A stretch of DNA of 64,000 nucleotides from Alphaproteobacteria bacterium (GTDB lineage Bacteria > Pseudomonadota > Alphaproteobacteria > Bin95), in assembly GCA_964291285.2 (NCBI GenBank), contig OZ219785.1, positions 768,001 through 832,000 on the forward strand. Direction: 5' to 3'. The translations under genes and the position numbers were made by a program. Position 1 is the first letter of the stretch, and every line of letters begins with the position of its first letter. Below the pieces are notes generated by a model. The model saw only the letters and a program-made list of their open reading frames with translations, had not been told where the DNA came from and did no database searches. Below are positions 20,130 to 29,772 of this stretch, in pieces.

Positions 20130-21152
20130 ATGTGCGAGCAGCAGGACATCGGGGCGCGGCGCGCGCGGAACCTGGAGCGCTGGCGTCGTCGGGTTGCCGA
20201 CCGGCGCGCGCGCGGCAAGTGCATCGGGTGCGGCAAGCGCAAACCCGAGCCCGCGCGGACCCTGTGCGCGTCCTGCGGCGAGAAGCGGAACCGGGCGAGC
20301 CGGGCCAGGGACGCAAGGCTGCGCACCGCCGGCCTCCCCCGGAGAGACCCCGACAAGGCCCGCGCCCAGGAGCGCGACCGGTCCCGCCGCGAGGCTGAAA
20401 TGCGCCGCGACGCCGGGCTCTGCATCCGGTGCGGCAAGCAGCCGGCCGCCGATGGCCGTGCGTCCTGCGAGCCGTGCCTGGAGAAGCGCCGGGCAGCCGA
20501 CCGCGCGAAATACGCCGCCGGGAAAGCCGCCGGCCTCAAGTATGGCGGGGCCGATGCCGAAGCCAAAAGGCGCGCCGCCCGGGCGAAGAGCAAGCGCCGC
20601 CAGAAAGCCCGGATCAAGACGGGACTCTGTATCCGCTGCGGCAGGCAGCCCCCTGCCGGGGGCGGAACCACCTGCCAGCCCTGCCGGGACAGGAGGCAGG
20701 CGGCGGAACGGCGGCAATACCGGGACCGGCGCCGGGCCGGGCTCTGCACCCGGTGCGGCGCCGCCGTCCATGACGGTCTGTCGCGCTGCGCTGCGTGTGC
20801 CGCCATCGAGGAGGCCAGCCACGACCCGGAGCGCAAGAACGCGCGCTCGCGGCAGTTGTACGCCCGACGCCGGGCCGCCGGCCTGTGCACGGCCTGCGGG
20901 GCGCCGTCACAGGGGGCGGCGCGCTGTGCGCCCTGTGCCGAGAGGTCGTATCACGGCTCGGCGCATTTCAGGGGCATCCCGGTCCACGAGCCGGTCTGGA
21001 CCGTGATCGAACTGGGGACCGGCCGCGAGCACGGTCCGTTCGACGATCCGGCCGATGTCGCCCTCTGCCTCGCCTTCGGGAAGCTCGACCGCAACCGCGT
21101 CGAGATCGTCGCCGACGCCCCCGTCACCGCCTCCTTCACCGCCTGGACCTGA
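20130..21152 (+). CDS. Cys-rich protein with five tandem CxxC-x9/10-CxxC zinc-ribbon repeats
   Basis: CIGC/CASC, CIRC/CEPC, CIRC/CQPC, CTRC/CAAC, CTAC/CAPC; AAGGAG RBS. Confidence 0.75.
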   Translation: MCEQQDIGARRARNLERWRRRVADRRARGKCIGCGKRKPEPARTLCASCGEKRNRASRARDARLRTAGLPRRDPDKARAQERDRSRREAEMRRDAGLCIRCGKQPAADGRASCEPCLEKRRAADRAKYAAGKAAGLKYGGADAEAKRRAARAKSKRRQKARIKTGLCIRCGRQPPAGGGTTCQPCRDRRQAAERRQYRDRRRAGLCTRCGAAVHDGLSRCAACAAIEEASHDPERKNARSRQLYARRRAAGLCTACGAPSQGAARCAPCAERSYHGSAHFRGIPVHEPVWTVIELGTGREHGPFDDPADVALCLAFGKLDRNRVEIVADAPVTASFTAWT

Positions 21153-21320
21153 CATGCTGTCCCGGGCGGCGATGGCGGCGCTCGCCTGGCCGCGATCCGC
21201 CGCGCCGTCCCTGTGTCGTGGAGAGGAGTGAAGCGCCTGCCGGGCGAGTGTCCGGCAGGGCGGAGGAGAGGAACTCCCCGCGCCGATGCCGGATCGGACA
21301 CCGGCAGAGGAGTTCCCGCC

Positions 21321-21527
21321 ATGTTCCATCCCGATACACCCCTCGACCTTCCGCTCGGCTGCGACCTGCTCGCCGAACTCGGCGTCGACCATCGCACCGT
21401 CCGCGAGATCGCCGAGGACGAGCGTGCCATCCGCTGTCCCGACCGGGGCGCGGCCTGTCCGGTGCACGGCTTCGCGAGCCTCTTCCCGGAACCGGCGTCG
21501 TCGTTCTCTCCGGGCGGTCAAGGGTAG
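21321..21527 (+). CDS. Small hypothetical protein
   Basis: AGGAG RBS before ATG; 68 aa. Confidence 0.4.
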   Translation: MFHPDTPLDLPLGCDLLAELGVDHRTVREIAEDERAIRCPDRGAACPVHGFASLFPEPASSFSPGGQG

Positions 21528-21631
21528 AGGAGGGCCTGAAGAGATTGAACGGGCGGGGGTTCGGGGGAGTGACCCCGGCCCCGGTCGTTCGCAACCCATC
21601 GTCATCAACACGAACCTGAAGGAGTATCGCA

Positions 21632-22078
21632 ATGAGCTTCGGATTGAACAAGGTGCAGATCATCGGCCGCCTCGGCGCGGACGTCACCATCAACCACCTG
21701 CAGAACGGCGGCCGCGTGGCCAATCTGAGCGTTGCCACCGACGAGAGCTACATCGACCGGAACGGCAGCGGCGAGCGGATCGACAGGACCGAGTGGCACC
21801 GGGTCGTGACCTTCCAGGACGGGCTGATCGACATGCTGGTCAAGCACGCCACGAAGGGCCGGCTGGTCTACATCGACGGCAAGCTCCAGACCCGGCGCTG
21901 GAAGAAGCCGGGCGAGGACTCCGACCGCTTCTCGACCGAGATCCTGCTGGTCCCGGGCGGGCGCGTCCAGTTCCTCGACAAGGCGAACGGCAACGCCGCG
22001 CAGCCCGGCCCGGACGCGGCGGACGGTTCCGTGCCGGCCGGCGGCGACCCGATGGACGAGGACCATATCCCGTTCTAG
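21632..22078 (+). CDS. ssb: Single-stranded DNA-binding protein
   Basis: NKVQIIGRLGAD, TEWHRVV, GKLQTRRW, acidic tail DEDHIPF; AAGGAG RBS. Confidence 0.92.
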   Translation: MSFGLNKVQIIGRLGADVTINHLQNGGRVANLSVATDESYIDRNGSGERIDRTEWHRVVTFQDGLIDMLVKHATKGRLVYIDGKLQTRRWKKPGEDSDRFSTEILLVPGGRVQFLDKANGNAAQPGPDAADGSVPAGGDPMDEDHIPF

Positions 22079-22261
22079 AGCTTCCCGTTCTTCCCCCCCC
22101 CACAGGGCCGGCGCCTCGTGCGTCGGCCCTTTTCTCATGCGGGCAGGTTCGAGTCTCGCCGCGGCGCATACGGGAGTGGGAGCGAGGCTGGAAAGCGGGT
22201 GAACCGCGCGAGGAGGAGAGGGAGCCCGCTCGCGCACCCGTCACGCGACCCGGAGAACCCG

Positions 22262-22489
22262 ATGAGCACCATCTCCTTCCGCCGCATCGCCCCCGACGAA
22301 TCCCGCATCTACCGGGACGGCGACCATGTCGGCGACATCCACGCCTTCGACGACAGCATCCGGCCGGGGCGCAGGGTGTTCGCCATACATCTCGACGAGG
22401 ACCCGCGCGGGCCGGTGTATCTCCACGACCGCACCCGCATCCGCGAGACCGCCCGGCAGCGGGTCGACTCCCATCCCCTGTGGAACTGA
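22262..22489 (+). CDS. Small hypothetical protein
   Basis: GGAG RBS; 75 aa; strong GC3 codon bias. Confidence 0.55.
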   Translation: MSTISFRRIAPDESRIYRDGDHVGDIHAFDDSIRPGRRVFAIHLDEDPRGPVYLHDRTRIRETARQRVDSHPLWN

Positions 22490-22660
22490 CGCAAGGGCGG
22501 GCAACGGCGCCTCCCGCTCCGGCGCCGTGCCGGGCCGAAACGACGATGGGGTCCGTGCAGGGCGAGAGAAATACGCCACCCCGCTGTGATCTCCAATCGT
22601 GTCACACGTGCTCGCGACAGCAACCCCTGCGGGGTCCTCCGGTCGCTCCGCTCCCTGCGG

Positions 22661-22781
22661 CCCGGGCAAGAAGCTCCAAGGGCGGACCGTGAAAGTCGAC
22701 GACCGTGAAGATCGCAGGGCGATCTTCCGCACCATCGCCGACTTTCCGCACCACTCCGCCCCAAGAGCTTCTACGCCCGGG
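22661..22781. promoter_or_regulatory. 121-nt interrupted stem-loop (candidate ssDNA promoter/ssi signal)
   Basis: Nested pairs CCCGGGC/GCCCGGG, AGAAGCTC/GAGCTTCT, GGGCGGA/TCCGCCC, GAAAGTCG/CGACTTTC, GAAGATCGC/GCGATCTTC. Confidence 0.55.
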
Positions 22782-22862
22782 TGCTTCTGCTGCGCGCGCG
22801 TGCCCCGACAGGACATCACAACGGGGATCGGCCCCGAACGTGAAAACCGAAAGGAAAACGAC

Positions 22863-23789
22863 ATGACCTTCCATACCGATACCACCGAAACCGCAGCACA
22901 GTCCGCAACCGCGATCGTCTGCGACAACGCCGTTCTCTTCGGCGCAACCCCCGAGCGCGACGAGTTCGACACCCGGGAGATCTGGGACCAGGACGAGGCC
23001 ATCACCGCCGTCGCCGAAGCCTTCCGCATCCTCAGCCAGGGCGTCGCGCCCGACGGATACCAGATGGCAGACGAACGCGAACACCTCCTCTGGGGCTTCG
23101 TCAACATGCTCCACGCACAGACACAGCGCCTCGACCGCGCCGCCGACAGGCTCACCCCCGAACTCCAGGACCTCCAGCGCACACAGGACGGCTCCGAGAT
23201 CAGGTCGCTGGAACTGGAACTCGTGACCGACCGCGCACAGTGCCTCACCGCACGCCGCGACGCCTTCGAGACCCTGCGCAACGAGGCCGCCGAAGCCTAC
23301 CGCGCAGACACCGGCGACACTTGGCGGCCCCGGCGCGGCAGCCACGCCAGCCAGACCGGACATCTGACCTCCGCTGCCATCGACGCCCGCGACTTCGTCC
23401 GCGCCCGAAAGGACCGCAAGACACAGGCTCACCTGCCCCAGGGAACCCTCGTCGCCATCGCAGGCGGAAAGGACATCGCAAACCCGGCGGCGGTCATCGA
23501 GCGCCTCGACAAGGTCCGCGCCAGGTATGCCGACCTCGTGCTCGTGCATGGCGGCGGCCCCGGCGTCGAGAAGATCGCCGCAAGCTGGGCAGAGCGCAAC
23601 GGCGTCCACCAGGTCGTCTGCAAGCCCGACTGGGACCGCCACGGTCGCGCCGCACCCTTCCGCCGCAACGACGAACTGCTCAACCTCCTGCCCAAGGGCG
23701 TCATCGCCTTCCCCGGCTCCGGCATCACCGAGAACCTCGTCGACAAGGCGAAGCAGCTCGGCATCCCGGTGATGAAGGTAGCAGCCTGA
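22863..23789 (+). CDS. DUF2493/YspA-like SLOG-domain protein
   Basis: VAIAGG, LVHGGGPGVE..A..WA, PDWDRHGRAAPFRRN, IAFPGSG. Confidence 0.8.
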   Translation: MTFHTDTTETAAQSATAIVCDNAVLFGATPERDEFDTREIWDQDEAITAVAEAFRILSQGVAPDGYQMADEREHLLWGFVNMLHAQTQRLDRAADRLTPELQDLQRTQDGSEIRSLELELVTDRAQCLTARRDAFETLRNEAAEAYRADTGDTWRPRRGSHASQTGHLTSAAIDARDFVRARKDRKTQAHLPQGTLVAIAGGKDIANPAAVIERLDKVRARYADLVLVHGGGPGVEKIAASWAERNGVHQVVCKPDWDRHGRAAPFRRNDELLNLLPKGVIAFPGSGITENLVDKAKQLGIPVMKVAA

Positions 23790-24427
23790 CCGCAACGCAT
23801 CGCGGGCCGTGTCGTCGCTCCGGCGGCGGCACGGTCCGTTTCCTCTTTCGCACATCGATGACGCGGCAACGCCAACCTCGCGCGCTTCGCGCCGCACTCG
23901 TGCTCCGGCTTCGCCGATCGCGCTTGCGTTCCGCGTCCGCGTCACGCGCCGCTGCACCATGCTTCGCCCGGGTGCATCGCCGTCCGCGCCGATCCCGGCG
24001 CACCGCCCGCCGCACTTCCGCCAGCGTGACTGTCGACGGCACTGCCGGCGCTGCCGCCCGTCCGCTCGGCACGGTGCTTCGCACCAGTGCCCGCGCTCGC
24101 GCCGGCGAGGCCGTCCGCTCACACGCCGCGGCGGCTCCCCTCCGCCGGGTTCCCCGGCGTCGATTTCCCCATCGTGAATGCTATCCCTTCCGGCTCTGTC
24201 TCGACGGCGGAGCCGCTATTTCGTCACACCCGACGCATCCCTGATGCAAAGAGCGAGGCCCGGCCGGCCTGCATCGGTCGGCAGTTTTCCGTTGCGTGAC
24301 AGACGGTTGGGCCTGGCCCGGCCTCTGACCGCGGTTTCGCGCGCGGGTCGCGTTGTCCGTTCAGGAGCGCCGTTCCGTTCCCCCGGGACGGACGGCGCCC
24401 GAGGGAACAGACAACGGAGACACGCCC

Positions 24428-25564
24428 ATGCGCATCCATGCCCCTGTCAACGAGCGGACGGTCCGCCGCACCTTCAGGGAGAAGAAACCCGGACGATACG
24501 GCCTGACCGTCATCGACAGGGACCTGCCCGCCTTCGGCTTCACCGTCGCCGGGAACGGAACGAAGACCTTCTTCGTCCGGACCTCACGCCAGTTCGGCGC
24601 GCCCAGGGCGATCCTCGGCACGACCGACGACATGACCGCCGCCGAGGCGAGGGAGAAGGCCATTGCCGCCATCGCCGAAGCCGGGGCCGACCGCGAGACC
24701 GGGCCGCTGTTCGCCGACTTCGCGGCCGACTTCATGCGCCGCCAGGGGCGGCGCTGGAAACCCTCCACGAGGAAGGCCAACGCCCATCTGATCGAGCGCC
24801 GCCTCGTGCCCTTCTTCGGCGCGATGCCCGTCGCGAAGATCGACCGCGCCGATGTGCGGCGCTGGTTCGATTCCCTCAGCGGAACCCCCGGCAGCGCCAA
24901 CCGGACCCTGCCGGTGCTCTCGGTGATGATGCGCCAGGCGGAGCTATGGGACCTTCGCCCGCAGGGTTCCAACCCCTGCCGCAACATGCGGCGCTACAGG
25001 ACGGCGCCGCGCGAGCGGTTCCTGTCCCTGGACGAGTTGAAGCGCCTCGGCTTCGTTCTCGACCATGCCGAGGACCGGCAGGCCGCCGCCGCCATCCGCC
25101 TGCTGCTGTTCACCGGCGCCCGGTCGTCCGAGATCGCCGGCCTGCAATGGGACTGGATACGGGACACCCGCGCGGTGTTGCCGGACTCCAAGACCGGACC
25201 GAAGGCGCTCCAGCTTCCCCCGCCCGCGCGGGCCGTCCTGAATGGCCTGCCGCGCGAGGGACGCTTCGTCTTCCCGAACGGGAAGGGCGACGGCCCGATG
25301 ACCGGCCTCGGCCTGCGCTGGCAGAAGCTGCGCGGTCTCGCCGGGCTGGACGATGTGCGCATCCACGACTGCCGGCATACCTTCGCCTCCCATGCCGTGA
25401 TGAGCGGCCTCGACCTCTACACCGTCGGCCGCCTGCTCGGCCATGCCGATACCGCCTCCACCGAACGCTACGCCCATCTCGCCGACGAGCATGTCCGCGA
25501 GGCGGCCGGGCGCATCTCCGGCATCGTCCACGAGGCCATGACCGGGAAGGAGAGCGGGCGATGA
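24428..25564 (+). CDS. Tyrosine recombinase, pair 1 first gene
   Basis: TGARSSE, DSKTG, IHDCRH, LLGH, ERYAHL; ATGA overlap with next gene. Confidence 0.9.
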   Translation: MRIHAPVNERTVRRTFREKKPGRYGLTVIDRDLPAFGFTVAGNGTKTFFVRTSRQFGAPRAILGTTDDMTAAEAREKAIAAIAEAGADRETGPLFADFAADFMRRQGRRWKPSTRKANAHLIERRLVPFFGAMPVAKIDRADVRRWFDSLSGTPGSANRTLPVLSVMMRQAELWDLRPQGSNPCRNMRRYRTAPRERFLSLDELKRLGFVLDHAEDRQAAAAIRLLLFTGARSSEIAGLQWDWIRDTRAVLPDSKTGPKALQLPPPARAVLNGLPREGRFVFPNGKGDGPMTGLGLRWQKLRGLAGLDDVRIHDCRHTFASHAVMSGLDLYTVGRLLGHADTASTERYAHLADEHVREAAGRISGIVHEAMTGKESGR

Positions 25565-26937
25565 GCGGCGGCAGGCATCGTGTCCGGCTCACCGTGAAGG
25601 CCGTCGCCGCCGCCAAGCCGGCGGAACGGGAATACACCCTGTGGGACAATCTGCTGGCGCATTTCGGGGTCAGGGTGCAGCCCTCCGGCGTCCGGTCCTG
25701 GATCGTCCAGACCCGCGTCCGGGGACGCATGCGCAAGATCACCCTCGGGCGCTTCCCCGAACTGCCTCTCGACGCAGCCCGCCGGGAAGGCGCGGCCGTG
25801 CTCGCCCACCTGTGGGGCGGCGAGGACGTGACGCCGCCGCGCAAGGAGAAGGCGCCGCTGTTCCGGGACTTCGCCGCCCGTTACCGCTCGCGGCGAAAAC
25901 ACCGCTGGAAGCCGTCCTCGCTCAAGACCTTCGATAGCTACATGAAGAACCGCCTGATGCCGCATTTCGGCAGGCTCCGGCTCGACGCCATCGACCATGC
26001 GCGGGTCTCGGCGTGGTTCGACGCCGCCAGCGCGGACAGGCCCGGCGCCGCCAACCGCGCCTTCGAGATACTCCGCGCCATGCTCGGGACGGCCCGGCAG
26101 TGGGGCGACATCGGCGAGCATGTCCCCGATGCCTGCGCCAACATCGTGAAGAACCCCCGCAAGCCCGTCGCGCGCTACCTCAGCCGCGAAGAGCTGGAGC
26201 GTCTCGGAGCGGTGCTCGACCGCCACCGGAAGGAACACCCCTGGCCGGTGGCGGCCATCCGGCTGTTGACGCTCACCGGGGCGCGGCTCTCCGAAGTCAT
26301 CAACCTCAGGTGGGACGAGATCGGAGAGCTGGGCGGAGACGGCGCGAGCGCGCGCATCGAAGACTCCAAGACCGGCCCGCGCACCATCTGGCTCGGACCC
26401 GAAGCGGCAAGGCTGGTCGAGGCGCTGCCGCGACCGGATGGCCGGGAGCGGGTGTTCCCCGAGACCCTCACATCGGCAAGGCTCTACACCTTCTGGTGCG
26501 GTATCCGCGACGAGGCGGGGCTTCCGGGCCTTCGCATCCACGACTGCCGCCACACCTGGGCCTCGCAGGGCGTCATGAACGGCGTCGGGCTCACCACCGT
26601 CGGACGGCTGCTCGGACACCGCAAGCGGGAGACCACCGCGATCTACGCCCATCTCGACGATGGCGCGCTGCGCGACGCCGCCGCCCAGGCCGCGGCCGTC
26701 ATCGCGCGAGCGATGGGGTACAGGGCGGAAGCGCCTCCGCTGCCGGACGAGGCGAAGCACGGCGATGTGTCGGCTGCCGTGCCCGACTTCTCAATCACTG
26801 ACGGGCCGCCTCATCCGCCCGAAGAGGGGCAAACTCCCCTTTGCGTGAGACCCGAGGGGACCGAGCGGATAGATGGCATCGAGTTGGATAGTGACCCGGA
26901 TGCGCCGACCGGACACCCGGCCCTGGACTGGTTGTAG
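25561..26937 (+). CDS. Tyrosine recombinase, pair 1 second gene
   Basis: Arm domain WDNLLAHFGVRV; TGARLSE, DSKTG, IHDCRH, LLGH, IYAHL. Confidence 0.9.
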   Translation: MSGGRHRVRLTVKAVAAAKPAEREYTLWDNLLAHFGVRVQPSGVRSWIVQTRVRGRMRKITLGRFPELPLDAARREGAAVLAHLWGGEDVTPPRKEKAPLFRDFAARYRSRRKHRWKPSSLKTFDSYMKNRLMPHFGRLRLDAIDHARVSAWFDAASADRPGAANRAFEILRAMLGTARQWGDIGEHVPDACANIVKNPRKPVARYLSREELERLGAVLDRHRKEHPWPVAAIRLLTLTGARLSEVINLRWDEIGELGGDGASARIEDSKTGPRTIWLGPEAARLVEALPRPDGRERVFPETLTSARLYTFWCGIRDEAGLPGLRIHDCRHTWASQGVMNGVGLTTVGRLLGHRKRETTAIYAHLDDGALRDAAAQAAAVIARAMGYRAEAPPLPDEAKHGDVSAAVPDFSITDGPPHPPEEGQTPLCVRPEGTERIDGIELDSDPDAPTGHPALDWL

Positions 26938-27213
26938 ACCTGTCCCCGCGTTGGGGCGTGAATCTCGTATGGCGATGATGGCGCTGGGCTGAGGGTCAGG
27001 GTTCATGCGGCGCGGCTGTGTTGGTTTCCGGCGCGTTTGTTTTCGTTGCCGTGAAAATTGTTGGGGATCGGGCGCACAAAACCCCTCCCCGCCAAAGCAC
27101 TGCTCCCGAGGCGTCCGATACTCGCCATCTGCGGCGCCCGTCTTGCGGACCGTGACCGGTAGGCAACCCCGTAAAAGCCCGAAGTCCCGCCCGCGCGGCC
27201 GGCACCTGTTTTC

Positions 27214-28293
27214 ATGATACGGGGTGGCCGACCCGCCCGGCAATGGACGTTTGTGATGGCGGGGACGCGGCTTGTTCCGGATGTCGAGGTGGCGCCGGGC
27301 AACCATCACCATTCGAGGCGCGCGGCGCCGTCCTTGTGGGCGTTGCTCGACCGTCTTGGGCGGGATCGTTGGCCGCGTCTGGTGCGGGGCGACAAGGACT
27401 GGGGCAGCGAGGCCAACATGGCGTCGTGCGAGGCTGCGGGTCCGGACTATCTGTTCAAGCTGCGCCTGACGAAGGGGGCGCGCCGGCTTGCCGAGCGTCT
27501 GATGGCGCGGGACGGCTGGGAGGATGCGGGCCAGGGCTGGTCGGGGATCGGGGCCGATCTGCGTCTGCAGGGCTGGAGCCGGACGCGCCGGGTTGTGGTG
27601 CTGCGCCGGCGGCTTCCTGCGACGCTGGCGCTGACGCGTGGCGACAAGGCCCGGGGCGAGCTGTTCTGGACCGAGGCGCAGCCCGGCACCGGGGTATGGG
27701 AGTTCGCGGTGCTGGCGACCTCGCTGGACCTGGAGATACGCTCGCTGGCCCGGCTCTACCGCGACCGGGCGGACGCGGAGAACGGCTTCGACGAGTTGAA
27801 GAACCAGTGGGGTTGGGGCGGCTTCACCACGCGCGACCTGACGCGCTGCCGGCACATGGCCCGGCTGATCGCGCTCATCTACAACTGGTGGAGCCTGTTC
27901 GTGCGCCTCGCCGACCCCGACCATCACCGCGAGGCGATCACCAGCCGGCCGCTGCTCCTGCACGGGGTTGCCCGCCAGACCCACCACGCCGGCCAGACCC
28001 GGCTGACGGTGACCTCCCATCACGGGCGCCGCAAGACGGTGATGGCGGCGCTGCGCCGGATCGCCGGCTTCTTCCGGTCGCTGACGCAAACTGCGGAGCA
28101 GTTGAGCACCGGGGACCGCTGGCGCTGCATCCTCGCCGAGGCGCTCAGGAAATACCTCCATGGCCGCGAACCGGGGCGTCAACCATGGCTGCCGCCACCC
28201 AGGGCCGCGCCCACAGGCTGAAATCCACGCCCAAATCCGACCGTTCACACTACCCCGAGACAGCGATCAAGCCCGTCAAATGCCGGATTTAGG
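27214..28293 (+). mobile_element. IS1380-family transposase, 5' truncated, with right end
   Basis: LVRGD, YRDRADAENGFDELKNQWGWGGF, YNWWSLF; ends in GGATTTAGG. Confidence 0.75.
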
Positions 28294-28300
28294 ATGACTA

Positions 28301-28406
28301 CAGTCTGCTCGAGAAGCCCAAAATGCCGGAAATCGTGGCTTTGGGGATGCTGCAGCGAGAAAAATGGGCAACGTGCCGAACCTCGATTCCATTCTCAAAC
28401 GGACTG
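28301..28406. mobile_element. 106-bp MITE-like element
   Basis: Imperfect 15-bp TIR CAGTCTGCTCGAGAA / TTCTCAAACGGACTG; no coding capacity. Confidence 0.5.
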
Positions 28407-29657
28407 TCAGAACTGTCGCACGAAGGAGAGTTCGGCGCGGTTGCGGTCGTAGTCGAGGGCCTGGGCGTTGGTATCGCGCTGCTCGCGGATGAGCGAGAGG
28501 CGGGGGCTGAAGCCGAGCACGGTGACGGCGCGGTTGTGCACGGAGAGCGAGAGGCTGCGCGTCTCGTCCCGGCGCGGCCTGCGGTCGATGGTGTTGTGGG
28601 CGAAGCCCTGTCCCTGGTATGCGGCGCGCTGCAGGGAGGCGCGCAGGCCGAGGGTGAAGCCGGCCGGCAGCGCGAGCGTCGCGCCGAGGCCGGCCCGGGG
28701 TCCGCGGTTGCGCCAGTGTCCGGCATTGGCGCGGGTCCAGTTGTATCCGGCATGGCCGCCGAGGCGCAGGACGGGCAGGGCGGCCCAGCTTGCGCCGAGC
28801 ATCGCATCGCCCGCCGGGCCGTCGAGATGGTTGCAGCCGCGGCAGTTGCGCCGGGTGGCGCTGGCGTGGGCGAACATGAAGAGGCGCGGCGTCAGGCGGT
28901 GCGCGCCTTCCAGCCGGACGCCGAAGCGGTCGGTCTCGGGCCGCCCGGCGGTCCATTGCCGGTCCACCACCGCCAGCAGGCTCGCCTCCGTGCTCCCGTC
29001 GATCAGCCGGCGCGGGCCGATATGGGCCGAGAGCGAATGGCGGTCGAACGCCCCGCCCTTGTATTCCCGCGCGCTGGCGTCCGCCCCGGCGCGCAGCCGC
29101 AGGGCCGACGACAACGGAACCTGGTATTCGCCGCCGCCCCACAGCGAGACGCCGATGCCCGACTTGCGCGACACGTCGCCGTCGAGGGTGAAGGGCAGGC
29201 GCCCGAACGGCGTGTCGAGAAAGACCGTGCGCTCCCCCGACGCGGCGTTGAGGTTGCTGTCGGGCGCCACCGCCAGGCCGAAATGCGCCTCCCAGCGCCG
29301 CCGCGCGCGCATGATGTCGAGGAAGCGCCAGATGTTGGCGGCCACCGCCGGCGGCGGCGTCCCCGCCAGCACCTGTTCGAAATGCCGCCGCGCCAGGCTG
29401 TCCTCCTCCTTCAGGAAGAAGGCGTGCGCGAGTTCGAGGCGCACCCGCACCAGGTCCGGGCGGTCCACCAGGATGGCCCGGAACGCCGCAATCGCCTCGT
29501 CGAGCTTCCCGTCGCGGGCGTCCCGGTCCGGAGCGGCCTGCGCGGCGGCAAGCGCCTCCATGCCCGCCCGGAACCGCTCGCCGGTCGCGTCCTGGCCGTG
29601 GGCGGCGGCGGCGAACAGGCACAGCCCGGCGGCAATGACGAGAGCGGGTATGCGCAT
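28407..29657 (-). CDS. Slam-family (DUF560) surface-lipoprotein translocator, copy 1
   Basis: Signal peptide, TPR (RVRLELAHAFF), APDSNLN, beta-barrel ending LSFVRQF; next to a lipoprotein. Confidence 0.85.
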   Translation of the reverse strand: MRIPALVIAAGLCLFAAAAHGQDATGERFRAGMEALAAAQAAPDRDARDGKLDEAIAAFRAILVDRPDLVRVRLELAHAFFLKEEDSLARRHFEQVLAGTPPPAVAANIWRFLDIMRARRRWEAHFGLAVAPDSNLNAASGERTVFLDTPFGRLPFTLDGDVSRKSGIGVSLWGGGEYQVPLSSALRLRAGADASAREYKGGAFDRHSLSAHIGPRRLIDGSTEASLLAVVDRQWTAGRPETDRFGVRLEGAHRLTPRLFMFAHASATRRNCRGCNHLDGPAGDAMLGASWAALPVLRLGGHAGYNWTRANAGHWRNRGPRAGLGATLALPAGFTLGLRASLQRAAYQGQGFAHNTIDRRPRRDETRSLSLSVHNRAVTVLGFSPRLSLIREQRDTNAQALDYDRNRAELSFVRQF

Positions 29658-29772
29658 GAAAACCATTGTCCGTGCAAGGGGAACCTCCGGCAACCCGGAG
29701 GGCGCCGGAGGAAAGAAGGCCCCGGCCGCCTGAAGCAGCCGGGGCCCGAAAAGGTGATGCTCCGGGAGCCGG

